In this document: positions 17,968 through 28,591 of the stretch, one piece after another
How the letters are laid out: the number at the start of each line of letters is the position of its first letter
How positions within the stretch are numbered: position 1 is the stretch's first letter
Source: an uncultured Gammaproteobacteria bacterium
GTDB lineage: Bacteria > Patescibacteriota > Microgenomatia > Levybacterales > GWA1-39-11
Length of the DNA stretch: 64,000 bases
NCBI GenBank assembly: GCA_964504535.1
Contig: CAZDED010000007.1
Location: forward strand, 12,353 to 76,352
Direction: 5' to 3'
Position numbers and translations under genes: made by a program
Notes under the pieces: model-generated
Database searches by the model: none
What the model saw: the letters and a program-made list of their open reading frames with translations, nothing else
What the model was told of the DNA's origin: nothing

Positions 17968-19218
17968 ATGTCAGAACACTTGTCAAATTTTCCCAATCCT
18001 GAAAAATTGAAGAAAGTTTTTCCTCCAGAAAAAGCATCAGATGCTTTTATTTTAGGAATTATTGCTATCCACGGAAATGAACCACAGATCATGACTGCTG
18101 CTATTGGAGCTGATGTCAACGCTATACTTGGGGAAAATGAGCTTCCTGGAGCTGCTATCGTTCTTCCTAGTATTTATGGGGAGCGTACAAGAGACATTTT
18201 ACGGGAGGATTTCCCGGATCAAGAAGGAAACATATATCTTTCTGATGGAATGGGTGAAATTTTAAAAAGAACTGAATTCAGCCGAGCCGGATATCAAGCA
18301 CACATGCGCGAGGTAGCAGCTCATCAGCCTAAAGTGCGTGACGCTCTTTTAGAATATTTAAGTCGCCCATTTCTTGCTACATCTCTTGATGGAAAAACGA
18401 GAGAATTTCAACCAGATGGTAAAAGACTTGAAATAAATGCTGGTGCCAATGTAACAGCATCTTTACCTGGTGAAAAAACAACCCATTTTATATTCCCGGT
18501 TCTTCTTTCTGAAATGATCGATGCCACCCTAGCCGACCCGCAAATTAGCAATTACTTTGACCATAAAACACTTGAAGAAGCAAGAAAAATAGCTGCAGAT
18601 TTCGAATCAACATATAAGACTACTCAAATTCCGTATGTTCATACCCTCTACGGACAGGAAGGGTATGATACAACCGGAAAAATTCTTACACCTCCTCTTA
18701 AAAAGGGGCGTCCTGTCCCACAGCTGGATCTTCCTGATGATAATGGGATCTATATCATGGCCTCAGGTAGTGAAATCGGGAAAGAAATAGTTGAAGACCA
18801 AGCCTTACAGCTGCAAAAACAGGGCCATGAGATATTATTCCCTCCATGGCTGAAATTACCCTTCGGTAAGGCAGCCTTACCCGATTCTGTCTTTCACCCA
18901 GGAGTTAAATTTGTAATGGGAAGAATGGGTTGGGGAATTGGCTGGCAAAGCCAAGTAGCAGGAAAACCATTTGTTGCTATGCCTCATCTATGGTTTGATA
19001 ATCCTGAAATTCACTTCAATCTGACAGCTTTAAAAGAAAGTGGTCTTGGCATGGTATTTCAGGCTGGAGATGATCTTGCAGAAAAAGCACAAACCTTAAC
19101 TCCAAGAATAAGGGAAATGAATACTAAAATAGCGTACGAACTTGGAATTCCTCAGAATATGGATGGAATACGCTTCGCAGCTGAGCAAATTCTAAAATCT
19201 GAGACTTCTATTATTTAG
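17968..19218 (+). CDS. hypothetical protein whose C-terminal region resembles a GT-B glycosyltransferase C-domain (GT1/GT28-like)
   Basis: 416 aa. The C-terminal GRMGWGIGWQSQVAGKPFVAMPHLWFDNPEIHFN resembles the nucleotide-sugar-binding half of MurG/UGT-type enzymes. Weak call. Confidence 0.3.
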   Translation: MSEHLSNFPNPEKLKKVFPPEKASDAFILGIIAIHGNEPQIMTAAIGADVNAILGENELPGAAIVLPSIYGERTRDILREDFPDQEGNIYLSDGMGEILKRTEFSRAGYQAHMREVAAHQPKVRDALLEYLSRPFLATSLDGKTREFQPDGKRLEINAGANVTASLPGEKTTHFIFPVLLSEMIDATLADPQISNYFDHKTLEEARKIAADFESTYKTTQIPYVHTLYGQEGYDTTGKILTPPLKKGRPVPQLDLPDDNGIYIMASGSEIGKEIVEDQALQLQKQGHEILFPPWLKLPFGKAALPDSVFHPGVKFVMGRMGWGIGWQSQVAGKPFVAMPHLWFDNPEIHFNLTALKESGLGMVFQAGDDLAEKAQTLTPRIREMNTKIAYELGIPQNMDGIRFAAEQILKSETSII

Positions 19219-19399
19219 GTTACTCTTCCCTTTTAGGAGGTTCTGTTACAAGAAATGTTGAACCTTCGTGTTCTATTACTTCCATGTCATCAAACCGCCG
19301 AGGTATAAAAGAAGGGTTAGGAGGAAATGATGGGGTTAGGGGGTCTGCTCCCATTATCATGTCATCTTCACGCAGTATAGGGTCTACAATTCTAACGTC

Positions 19400-19912
19400 T
19401 TAGTTTAGATATTTTGCCAATAACTGAGCAGATGTGATCGGATCACCACCCTGAAAGCTTCCTCTCCAAAAATAGCGCATATCATTAAATAATGTATCTG
19501 CTTTATCTTTCTGGGTGCCTAAATAGAAGATGAGTGAAGTAAAATCAACAAGCTGAAGAGGTTTTGTGCCACGGTCTTTCCTGAACTGATCAAATGACTC
19601 TGGAAATATATAGCACTTTGATCCCTTAAACATCGCATCTAATTGAAAAGCGTCTGCATATTTTCCAAGATATTCTTCCAAAGAAGACTCAAAGCTATCC
19701 TGAATTTTCTGTGCGTCTTTAAAGGCCTGACTCTGTGAATTTATAGTTGGACTTTCCAAACTGTAAGGAACATTTAACTGATGCTCCATAAAATTTAGTT
19801 TTACTTGATCATTGCCTACAGCAAATGCCAGTCGATTTAACTTATCCACCCTACTTCGTTGTTCCCAAGGAATATTTCCTTGTGGTACAGGCTCTTTTTC
19901 TTGAGGATCCAT
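19400..19912 (-). CDS. hypothetical protein
   Basis: 170-aa ORF with host-like codon usage. No motif recognised. Confidence 0.4.
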   Translation of the reverse strand: MDPQEKEPVPQGNIPWEQRSRVDKLNRLAFAVGNDQVKLNFMEHQLNVPYSLESPTINSQSQAFKDAQKIQDSFESSLEEYLGKYADAFQLDAMFKGSKCYIFPESFDQFRKDRGTKPLQLVDFTSLIFYLGTQKDKADTLFNDMRYFWRGSFQGGDPITSAQLLAKYLN

Positions 19913-19949
19913 ACTGTATTATTGCGTTAAACCACCAACTTATCAAGGA

Positions 19950-20801
19950 TTACCGGTCAGTTTTTACCCACCACTTTGTTCCTTCTGCTATTACTTCAAC
20001 GTCACCCTTCAAAGTATCTTTATACGGGATGTCGTATTGCTTCAAAATATCAATTACTTGAGGTGAAGGATGATGATATCGGTTGTGATATCCATATGAA
20101 AAAAAAGCATATTTAGGCACGATATGTTGGAATGTGAACTCATCAACTCCTGTTTTTGAACCATGGTGCGGAGGCTTGAATACATCAATATAGTCCAGTT
20201 GGGGCATAATTGAATTGAGATAGGTGGATGGAATATCTCCGGTAAGGAGTGCATGAAACTTCCCATACTTAACCATCTGTACCAATGAGTAGTCATTGGT
20301 CTCCTCACTTTTAAGATCCAAAAATCCACTGGTAGGCCAGTATGTGGAAATGACTACGCCATCTTTTGTTTTTAATCCATCTCCCAAAAGTACTAAATGT
20401 TTTGGGATTTTTTTCTCTTCCAAAAGACTCATCAATTCTTTATAAACGTCCGTTCCTTTTGGTGCATTAGGTATTCCAAAATACCCTACATTATAGGACT
20501 TCACTACTCCGATGAGTCCCGCAAGGTGATCAGCATCCGGATGAGTCAGATATATTACTTCTATTGTCCTATCCCAAAAAGGCAAATGACGTGAAAGGCA
20601 ATCTGTCATGGAATTTTCATGCGGTCCACCATCAATTATTATGTCAAGACCACGAGGAGTTCGTATCAAAATCCCGTCACCCTGCCCGACATTACAAAAA
20701 ATAATATGAAATTTATTGTCAGAGAACTGCGTTAAGTGATAGGCCCCCAAAATGCACAGAAAAGACATTGATAACAACCCAAACAGCAAAATTCGCCTCA
20801 T
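19950..20801 (-). CDS. ComEC C-terminal metallo-beta-lactamase-fold domain protein (separate ORF)
   Basis: 283 aa. An N-terminal TM is followed by the MBL motifs GQGDGILI, IIDGGP and LTHPDADHLAGL. It overlaps the upstream competence-domain ORF by 4 nt (ATGA). Confidence 0.8.
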   Translation of the reverse strand: MRRILLFGLLSMSFLCILGAYHLTQFSDNKFHIIFCNVGQGDGILIRTPRGLDIIIDGGPHENSMTDCLSRHLPFWDRTIEVIYLTHPDADHLAGLIGVVKSYNVGYFGIPNAPKGTDVYKELMSLLEEKKIPKHLVLLGDGLKTKDGVVISTYWPTSGFLDLKSEETNDYSLVQMVKYGKFHALLTGDIPSTYLNSIMPQLDYIDVFKPPHHGSKTGVDEFTFQHIVPKYAFFSYGYHNRYHHPSPQVIDILKQYDIPYKDTLKGDVEVIAEGTKWWVKTDR

Positions 20802-22015
20802 TTTATGAAATTTTTCCTTTCTTTTAGTCTAATAACTACTACTAAAAGTATCAAATAGTACCCAAAAATGCATGCAATTGGTACTGTATCTATACTTATC
20901 TGTAAGTTTATTTTGGAGAATAACTCTACTATAGTCGTAAAATAAGACAGAAAATGATAGCAAAGAAGTATTAAAGGATGTGCTAGAAATGGCAGAAATA
21001 AGGAAAGCAATCCAGCAAGCCCTCCAAAAATCATTATGATTGGAATAGTCCAAAGGACTAATATATTTACCGGAAAGGAAAGTAATGAATAAGCTCCAAA
21101 GACTGTTATCATGAGAGGAAATGTAGCTATTTGAGCTGAAAGCGTCGTCGTTATATCATCTTTTATAAAACTCAAGAGTTTAAAACGTAATAAAGAATCT
21201 AGGATGGGTTTGACCGTTAATATTCCAAAAGTCGACAAAAAAGACAGTTGAAATGAAACGTCAACTATCTCTTCCGGCTGCACAAAAAGCATCGCCCACC
21301 CAGTCAGAAAAAGTACATAAATGCTACTTATTTGTCTACCGGTAAATAGTGCAGTAAATGCCAAAATCGCCATAATACTTGCCCTGACAATTGGCGGGTC
21401 AAATCCTGCTAGAACTGCATAGACCAACACTCCAAGCGCCGTGAAAAGTAATGCAAGTCTTCTTTTCACGAAGGTGCTAAAGATTACCAAAAGAAGCATT
21501 GCAGCTATGCTGACGTTCTGTCCTGAGGCTGCGATAACATGCAGTACTCCTGCATTTTTCAGCTGTTGATAATACTGACTATCTATCTTGTCTCTGACTC
21601 CTAAAATTATGCCAAGAAGGAGCCCGCCCTCTCTTGATGGTAAAGTTGTCATGACAGCATCCTCCACTTTTTGTCTTACTGATTTTGAAAAAGACAACAG
21701 AAAGTTGTGACTTTTTATCTTTGTGATCTTTGGATTTTCAACAACCAATAATTGCCCTTTTTTAGAATCTTTCTTTAGGATCTTTCCTTCTATCATTACT
21801 CTGTCTCCATAGTGAAAGGACGGATATAGTGGTAGTGTGACAAGCAACCCGTCTGTAAAAAAGTATTGAGAAAGCGAATTTTTCTTTGGCTCATGAACAA
21901 AGCTATAGGATTTTTTGTATGTTTCGTTTTCTTGATAAATATGACGCTCCTCTATCCAAAAAAACTCTCTTGTTAGTAGCGCTAAAAGTAGTATGCCGAT
22001 AAATAAGTGTTTCAT
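20798..22015 (-). CDS. comEC: ComEC/Rec2 competence-domain membrane protein (DNA internalisation channel)
   Basis: 405 aa polytopic membrane protein. The conserved core (VLHVIAASGQNVSI, GFDPPIVRAS) is typical of the ComEC competence domain. Confidence 0.8.
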   Translation of the reverse strand: MKHLFIGILLLALLTREFFWIEERHIYQENETYKKSYSFVHEPKKNSLSQYFFTDGLLVTLPLYPSFHYGDRVMIEGKILKKDSKKGQLLVVENPKITKIKSHNFLLSFSKSVRQKVEDAVMTTLPSREGGLLLGIILGVRDKIDSQYYQQLKNAGVLHVIAASGQNVSIAAMLLLVIFSTFVKRRLALLFTALGVLVYAVLAGFDPPIVRASIMAILAFTALFTGRQISSIYVLFLTGWAMLFVQPEEIVDVSFQLSFLSTFGILTVKPILDSLLRFKLLSFIKDDITTTLSAQIATFPLMITVFGAYSLLSFPVNILVLWTIPIIMIFGGLAGLLSLFLPFLAHPLILLCYHFLSYFTTIVELFSKINLQISIDTVPIACIFGYYLILLVVVIRLKERKNFIK

Positions 22016-22021
22016 TGGTAC

Positions 22022-22684
22022 CTACTCTGCCACTATCTCGTCCTTTATCCCTTCGAATGTCTTTTGTCCTAAGATTTTCTTGCTGACTAGCTCGTTTGTA
22101 TTAGAATATGGACGACCAGCAATAATCTTTCTTGCAGTTACTGGTCCAACTTTCTGAAGAGTATCTAATTCTGATTCACTCGCTGAATTTATATTGATCA
22201 TTCCATTACTTTCTACTGTTGAGGCTGAGAAGTTACTTATTGTAGTATCATGTGCCTCTACTGGTATATTTGCAGTTTGAGTCTCACCGATAGCTGGAAT
22301 ATAGATTTTGCCTCCATCTACTACTTTTTGAGCCTGGTTAAGATGCTTGCTAACATATACTCTGTCAGCAGATGATGACAAACCACCGGCTGCTATAAGG
22401 GCATCTTGAATCCTTGATCCATCTGCAAGTACATATACACCTGGATGCAGCACTTTTCCTTCAACATCAACAGAAATCTTGTTGGTAGTAGATGCCCCTT
22501 TTATATCAGTGGTTTGATTTTCACTTGATGTAAATTCAATATCTGAAGTGTCACTTATTGTGGCTAAATATTGGAACACTCCAAGAACCATAAGTAAGAC
22601 TCCAAGCACAATAAGTCCTACGAAAAGGAGATTTTTCTTGATAAATTCTAAAAGACGTTCTTGGCGGGATTGTGTTTCCTCCAC
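22022..22684 (-). CDS. comEA: ComEA DNA receptor (SLBB + helix-hairpin-helix)
   Basis: 220 aa. N-terminal TM, an SLBB-like region (KVLHPGVYVLADGSRIQDALIAAGG), and the C-terminal HhH pair INSASESELDTLQKVGPVTARKII. Confidence 0.85.
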   Translation of the reverse strand: MEETQSRQERLLEFIKKNLLFVGLIVLGVLLMVLGVFQYLATISDTSDIEFTSSENQTTDIKGASTTNKISVDVEGKVLHPGVYVLADGSRIQDALIAAGGLSSSADRVYVSKHLNQAQKVVDGGKIYIPAIGETQTANIPVEAHDTTISNFSASTVESNGMININSASESELDTLQKVGPVTARKIIAGRPYSNTNELVSKKILGQKTFEGIKDEIVAE

Positions 22685-22722
22685 TCCTTATCTTATGGCT
22701 GGTTTGAACATAAATACAAGTA

Positions 22723-23181
22723 TTAATTTTGAATGGTTGATTGTACCGCTAAAAATTCCCGTGGTTTAATTTTTTTTGCCTCACTTTTAGTATAATTACA
22801 AATGAATACAAGAACTACCCCATCAGGATCTTTCACTACCATTTCAAGCGTACCCCAATAATAATGTATCGGCTGTTTGGAAATTTTTATGTTATTTTTT
22901 TTACAAACCTTAATTAATGATGAAAGACTATCAACGCCTATCATCAAGGAGATTTTTGCAGATTCTACTTTATCTTTAAATACCTGAGGCGCTACTGCTC
23001 TATGTCCATCTGCTATTTCAAGTCTAGTACCATTAAGCTCAAATACCGTTCCGCTGTAATCTTCTCTTACTGACTTGTTTGGACCATACTCAAACACTTT
23101 CTTGAATCCAAGGTGTTGATAAAAGCTTACAGATTTTTTGAAGTCAGCAACTTTAATATGAATTCCGATTGAATTAATCAT
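22723..23181 (-). CDS. VOC-family (glyoxalase/bleomycin-resistance fold) protein
   Basis: 152 aa. GIHIKVADFKKSVSFYQHLGF and the TVFELNGTRLEI pattern match the VOC fold. Confidence 0.55.
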   Translation of the reverse strand: MINSIGIHIKVADFKKSVSFYQHLGFKKVFEYGPNKSVREDYSGTVFELNGTRLEIADGHRAVAPQVFKDKVESAKISLMIGVDSLSSLIKVCKKNNIKISKQPIHYYWGTLEMVVKDPDGVVLVFICNYTKSEAKKIKPREFLAVQSTIQN

Positions 23182-23370
23182 ACATATATCCTAAATACTA
23201 TATATTATTTTGCTTCAATTACAAGATTATGGGATACATATATATGTATACGATTATTTTATACAGCCTCTTTTTATGGAAAAGCAAAATATCAGGGTTA
23301 TTATGATCTTGTTCTAAAAGCAATTAAATCTACCGGTGTTGAGCTTATATCTCCTGAGTTTGGAAATTAC

Positions 23371-23796
23371 TTGAGCCTTCTCAAGCTTGAAGACTATTCC
23401 AAGGTCAAATCTAAGAAAAAGCTCCATTATGAGGCCATAAGACGCGGAATTATTTGGGCGGATATTGTTATTATGGAGATAAGTCACGAGGACTTTCAGT
23501 TAGGACATGAGGCATCACTTGCTATCCAGTACAAAAAACCGGTCCTCTGTGTCTCGATACATGAAGACTTCTCTCAAAAAATAAAGAGCCCCTATTTTTT
23601 TGGAGCCAAATACAACGAGTACAACATAGAGGAGCTTATAGAAAATTTTATTGCCAGACATCAAAAAGAAGCACTAAAAGAGAGATTTAATCTTTTTTTA
23701 AGTACAAGCCAACTTCACAAACTTGAAACTTCAGCCAAAAGAATGGGATTTAACAACTCGGAATATGTAAGAATGCTGTTAGACAAAAATAGTTAG
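23371..23796 (+). CDS. hypothetical protein with nucleoside 2-deoxyribosyltransferase-like core and RHH-like C-terminus (TTG start; possibly N-terminally truncated)
   Basis: GIIWADIVIMEISHEDFQLGHEASLAIQYKKPVLCV resembles PF05014. The C-terminal FNLFLSTSQLHKLETSAKRMGFNNSEYVRMLL looks like a ribbon-helix-helix. The frame stays open upstream to 23173 with no ATG, and the 3' end overlaps leuS by 4 nt. Confidence 0.35.
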   Translation: MSLLKLEDYSKVKSKKKLHYEAIRRGIIWADIVIMEISHEDFQLGHEASLAIQYKKPVLCVSIHEDFSQKIKSPYFFGAKYNEYNIEELIENFIARHQKEALKERFNLFLSTSQLHKLETSAKRMGFNNSEYVRMLLDKNS

Positions 23797-26378
23797 ACAA
23801 CAAAATTCACGATCTTCCCTGGGATATAGATAACTTTTTTGACCTCAATACCTTCAAGATTTTTGCTGACCGCCTCCCTTGCCAATTTTTCAATCTGTGC
23901 ACTGTCCCCTGTACCCTGTCCGCTGACTGTTATCTCTCCCCTTCTTTTTCCGTTGATCTGAACCGGAATAATAAGATTAGAACTAATTAAATGGTACTCA
24001 TCAAACTTCGGCCATTTTTGCATATGGATAGAACTGAACCCTGCGCCCTGTTTTCTGTACCCTAAAGATTGCCATAATTCCTCAGTCATATGAGGAGCAA
24101 AAGGAGCAAGAAGCCTTAAATAAACCCCAACCTCTTCCTTACTTAATTCCTGGTTGTTTACTCTTACCTCCTGGTTGAGGGAGTTATACCATTCCATGAG
24201 TTTTGCTATTGCAGTGTTGTAGCCAAATTCGGAAATATCTTTAGTGACCCCCTGGATGGTTTTATGCATCATCATCGTCCTTTCATTACTCAATTGTGCT
24301 TCATCCTTTGATGATTGGGAAAGAAGTTTCCAGACTTTTCGTAAAAATCTATTCATTCCCTCTATTCCACTGTCCCTAAAGTCTCCACCGTCAGAGTATG
24401 GGCCTATGAACATGAGGTAAGTGCGCAACGTATCAGCCCCATATTTACCGATATACTCGTCTGGAACGACCACATTACCCTTGCTTTTACTCATCTTTGC
24501 TCCGTCTTTGATAATGAGGCCATGAGCAAAGAATGTTGAGAATGGCTCCTCGAAGTTCAAATACCCCAGATCTTTCAATACCATCGTGACAAAACGTGAA
24601 TACAAAAGGTGTAGCACACTGTGTTCTGCTCCGCCAATGTACATGTTAACCGGTAGCCACTTTCTAGTTGTTTGTATATCAAAAGGTGCTGTAGATACAT
24701 CAGTTGAGGGGTATCTAAGGAAATACCAGCTACTGTCAAGGAACGTATCTGATACATCGGTCTCTCGGGTTGCTTCTCCACCACAAGATGGACAGGTAGT
24801 CTTGTAAAATTCAGGATGATTGGCAAGTGGAGCTTTTCCTGTCCCCATTGGTTTCCAATCCTCAACATCTGGCAAAAGTATAGGAAGTTGAGCTTCGGGT
24901 ACGCAAAACCATCCCTCCATACCTTCTACCTCAGCTTTACCATTTTTTTGACAAGAGTCGCAGAAGATCATGGGTATTGGCGGCCCCCAATATCTTTGGC
25001 GGGAGATCAACCAATCACGAAGATGATAGGTTGAATGTGTCGTTGCAAAACCCTTGTCCTTGGCAAATGTAATTATTTCTTCTCTAACTTCCCCGGCTCT
25101 CCTGCCTTTAAATTCTGAGGGTTCAGCTAGAACTCCATTCACCATATCCGTATAGCAAACTTCAAGGTTTTTTACTTTTTCAGCTTCAACACTATCTTCT
25201 GGAAATAAGACCGGCTTTAACCGAATTCCATACTTCTTTGCAAAAGCAAAATCTCTTGTATCGTGAGCAGAACACTTTACTATTCCGGTTCCATAGTCTT
25301 TTAAGGCAAAATTTGCCACCCAAATAGGTAAGTCTCCATTCCCAATCGGATCTATGATGTATCTTCCTGTAAAAATTCCTTCAGGCTCTTTTTCTTCCCC
25401 TTCTCTCTCAATTGCCCTCTTATTAAGAGTCTCCTTACAAAACGCCTTAATTTCTTCCCTGTTCTCAACCCCCTCAAGTATACTTTCTAAAAATGGGTGA
25501 TCTGGTGCTATTACTACAAAGGTATCTGCATAAAATGCCTCAAAATGAGCTGAAAAAGTCTTTAGTGTTAGCTTGGTATCCTTTACTGGTGCTTCAAATA
25601 CTAATCCTTCGCTTTTTCCTATCCAATTCGTTTGGGCAATTTTAACTTTATTTGACCAGTCAAGCCCTTCAATATTTTTAAGTAGTCTGTCTGCATATTT
25701 AGTAATTCTAAAAAACCACTGCTCTAGATTTTTCTTCTCGACTTTTTCTCCACAACGCTCACAGCACCCATCTATCACCTGCTCATCAGACAAAACCGTC
25801 ATGTCTTTTGGACACCAATTTACAAGCGCAGTATCTCTGTAGGCAAGTCCCGCTTTGAAAAGTGTCACAAAAAGCCACTGAGTCCATTTATAGTAATTTG
25901 GGTTATAGGTCTCAACAGTTCTTTGCCAGTCAAATGAGTTGCCAATACTTCTCATTTGCCTATAAAAGTTCTTTTCAGCGATTTCTGCCTGTTCTTTGGG
26001 GTGTCGACCGACTTTGAGGGCGTAGTTCTCACTATGAATACCAAATCCGTCGAGTCCAATAGGCTCAAGGACATCGTTCCCTTGCATCCGTTGGAACTTT
26101 GCGTATACATCAGCACCAGTAAATGCGTACATATTACCCACATGAAGCCCCTCTGCTGATGGATATGGAAACATCATGAGGTTGAAGTATGGATCTTTTG
26201 CTGCTTTTATATCAGGGCTAAAAGTCCTGTTACTCTCCCATTTATCCTGCCATTTAGCCTCAATATCTGCTGGGGTATATTTGTTTTCTATTGACTTTTG
26301 CTGGTTCATATAGATATCTTCTATTCTATCAAATCCAACCCTAGACTTCACTATTTTTGAAGTGAGCGAATATATCAC
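23793..26378 (-). CDS. leuS: leucine--tRNA ligase
   Basis: 861 aa class I aminoacyl-tRNA synthetase. Has the HIGH-region variant (LHVGNMYAF), KMSKSKGN, and the CP1 editing insert and zinc-knuckle Cys clusters. Confidence 0.95.
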   Translation of the reverse strand: MIYSLTSKIVKSRVGFDRIEDIYMNQQKSIENKYTPADIEAKWQDKWESNRTFSPDIKAAKDPYFNLMMFPYPSAEGLHVGNMYAFTGADVYAKFQRMQGNDVLEPIGLDGFGIHSENYALKVGRHPKEQAEIAEKNFYRQMRSIGNSFDWQRTVETYNPNYYKWTQWLFVTLFKAGLAYRDTALVNWCPKDMTVLSDEQVIDGCCERCGEKVEKKNLEQWFFRITKYADRLLKNIEGLDWSNKVKIAQTNWIGKSEGLVFEAPVKDTKLTLKTFSAHFEAFYADTFVVIAPDHPFLESILEGVENREEIKAFCKETLNKRAIEREGEEKEPEGIFTGRYIIDPIGNGDLPIWVANFALKDYGTGIVKCSAHDTRDFAFAKKYGIRLKPVLFPEDSVEAEKVKNLEVCYTDMVNGVLAEPSEFKGRRAGEVREEIITFAKDKGFATTHSTYHLRDWLISRQRYWGPPIPMIFCDSCQKNGKAEVEGMEGWFCVPEAQLPILLPDVEDWKPMGTGKAPLANHPEFYKTTCPSCGGEATRETDVSDTFLDSSWYFLRYPSTDVSTAPFDIQTTRKWLPVNMYIGGAEHSVLHLLYSRFVTMVLKDLGYLNFEEPFSTFFAHGLIIKDGAKMSKSKGNVVVPDEYIGKYGADTLRTYLMFIGPYSDGGDFRDSGIEGMNRFLRKVWKLLSQSSKDEAQLSNERTMMMHKTIQGVTKDISEFGYNTAIAKLMEWYNSLNQEVRVNNQELSKEEVGVYLRLLAPFAPHMTEELWQSLGYRKQGAGFSSIHMQKWPKFDEYHLISSNLIIPVQINGKRRGEITVSGQGTGDSAQIEKLAREAVSKNLEGIEVKKVIYIPGKIVNFVV

Positions 26379-26563
26379 GAGCAGATAATGCTAGACACAA
26401 CTTACAGCCAGTCAAGATAGATCACCTCTTAATTGTTATCATAAAAAATAATTAATCCAATACGACTTTACTTCTATTTCTAATGGTAAACCTCCCCTTA
26501 CCCTTTCCTATGTGCCTTACCTTTCTTTGACTCTTTTTCAAATTTGAGATACCATTAACTTAT

Positions 26564-27184
26564 ATGAAAAGTAAACAAATTTTGGAAGGCTCCTCGATCG
26601 TTTTGGCAGTATTTACGGTCTTTATTGTGATGTCAACAGCACTTAGCGCTTATTCCACATATTTGCTAGCCATACTAATTATCTTTTCTGCAATATATAT
26701 AAGTATAAAAAAAAGATCGAAATCAGCTTCAAATTTATTCTCAGGAGGATCTGTTGAGCTGTATGGCCTGATTGCTATTATCACTCTTATGATTAGTTTG
26801 ACAAATGGCCTCAACTCCCCCCTTTTCTTCTTTACGTATTTTATATTGTTCTTACTCGCATTCTTATGCGAACCAATTACAATACTTGTGTACCTAATAT
26901 CGGCATTACTTTTCTTTATGCCTCAGGCTACGGCCAACCCCAACACAGACATGTTGATAAAAATGGGCTCATTAATTTTAATCGCACCAATAGCTTATTT
27001 TATAGGTCAAGAATTTGAGCGTAGAAAAATATTAGATGAAAAAATAGAAAGCAAAACTGATGAGATCATTCAGGAAGCGCGACTGCTAAAAGAGGATGGA
27101 AACCCTAAAGCGCAAGACGAATCTGAGGCTATTGATGAAATAATCGAAGAAGCAAGTTCTCTAAAAAAAGATTCAGAAGAATAA
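26564..27184 (+). CDS. hypothetical membrane protein with acidic coiled C-terminus
   Basis: 206 aa with 5-6 TM segments followed by an E/D/K-rich tail. Confidence 0.45.
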   Translation: MKSKQILEGSSIVLAVFTVFIVMSTALSAYSTYLLAILIIFSAIYISIKKRSKSASNLFSGGSVELYGLIAIITLMISLTNGLNSPLFFFTYFILFLLAFLCEPITILVYLISALLFFMPQATANPNTDMLIKMGSLILIAPIAYFIGQEFERRKILDEKIESKTDEIIQEARLLKEDGNPKAQDESEAIDEIIEEASSLKKDSEE

Positions 27185-27318
27185 GTACCAATACTGAAAT
27201 GAATTCTTATTTCGTTAAAAGTGATTTGAAGGCTAAATCACGCAAGTGATTGAACTAAGAAAACATATACAGGAAGACTTCACATAGCGAAGCTCCACAC
27301 CGAGCGTCACTTTTAAAG

Positions 27319-28122
27319 ATGAGAAGAAGCGACCAGAAAAGGAAATCAACTATGAAAAATTGGCCAATTTTACTACTTTTCTCACCAAAAGGAACTGCAA
27401 TATTCCTTACGCTTAACTTTGCCCTTTTTTGCTTATTCATAGGTAAGAGTATTTATGCAGAAACGATGTCTAATTCATCGTATAAAATCAGGTTTGGCAA
27501 CCTCAATTCATTTGCTGGTAAGCCTTCAAATGCCTCATACAGCCTTGGGATAACCGGAGGACAAATAGCCCCAGGTCTATATTCGGGCACAAATTTCAAG
27601 GTGAGAGCTGGGTTCCAATACATAAAGTCCATCATTCCATTCACCTTTAGCATTAGCAGCATCTTCATAGACTTTGGGCCCATAACTCCTGGCACGCCTA
27701 TCACACGCACAAATATACTTACAATTTCAAATGGTTCTGCATATGGCTACACGGTTCTTGCAAGCGAAAATCACCCTCTTTTGATCAACAGTACGGGCAT
27801 ATCAATTCCTGATACTACCTGCGACACGGGAACGTGTAGTGAGTCTGTGCCTGCAGCGTGGGCAAATCCTACAACATTTGGCTTTGGCTATCGTTGTGAC
27901 AATATTGTCGGCACTGATTGTCAATCTGGTTTTAGTACAGCTACAAATTACCGACAGTTCTCCGCAAGTAATTCAGGAGAGCTGGCCTACCCGGTAATGC
28001 GTGGGGTAAATGTAGGACGGAATATTCAAGGACAGATCACCTATAAAGTCAATGTCAGTGCTGCTCAAGCGACAGGCGAATATCAGAATGTCATCTCATT
28101 TGTTGCGGTTCCTTCAATATAA
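27319..28122 (+). CDS. secreted WxL-like domain protein (Tyr variant), short paralogue C
   Basis: 267 aa (likely start MKNWPILLL at 27352). GSAYGYTVLASENHPL and the C-terminal TGEYQNVISFVAVPSI match paralogues A and B. Confidence 0.5.
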   Translation: MRRSDQKRKSTMKNWPILLLFSPKGTAIFLTLNFALFCLFIGKSIYAETMSNSSYKIRFGNLNSFAGKPSNASYSLGITGGQIAPGLYSGTNFKVRAGFQYIKSIIPFTFSISSIFIDFGPITPGTPITRTNILTISNGSAYGYTVLASENHPLLINSTGISIPDTTCDTGTCSESVPAAWANPTTFGFGYRCDNIVGTDCQSGFSTATNYRQFSASNSGELAYPVMRGVNVGRNIQGQITYKVNVSAAQATGEYQNVISFVAVPSI

Positions 28123-28591
28123 ATCTAACAGCAAACCTGACAGTAGGTGCATCTTCTCTAAATCATGGTTATCCGAGATAGCTATTTTTCACGGTCATTT
28201 TTTTACCTTTGCACATCAATATCTTAATTCGGTGCCTCATAGGTAATTTTAATTATATGTGGATTTATATCATTTGAGTACCGATAGATTCTCTAAAATC
28301 CAAACTTTCACCAATTTGTCGATTATACTATGCCCATAGGCTAAAACCCTCTTTTTTAAGCCTATCACTCAGGACTATCAAATGCTGAGATGCAAGTCAT
28401 TCGCACATAATTTTACCTGATATACTTTGATATACTCTATAGTTTTAACGGCAAAAAATACTATTTCCAAATATATCAAACGTTGCCTATTACCGCGTAT
28501 TAGAAATATTCTAGAAATTTGAGGTTAAATTTTTTTACCGCAGAAGATGATTCACCGTGAAATAAAGAGTATTCTTTCCTTTTAAAATGAT

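Noticed and set aside
19825-20061. 78-aa plus-strand ORF and other sub-100-aa ORFs overlapping annotated genes (for example 20054-20329, 24575-24868, 25573-25842, 56464-56739)
   Set aside because: They are embedded in or antisense to confidently identified genes (ComEC-MBL, leuS, pyk), with no independent support.
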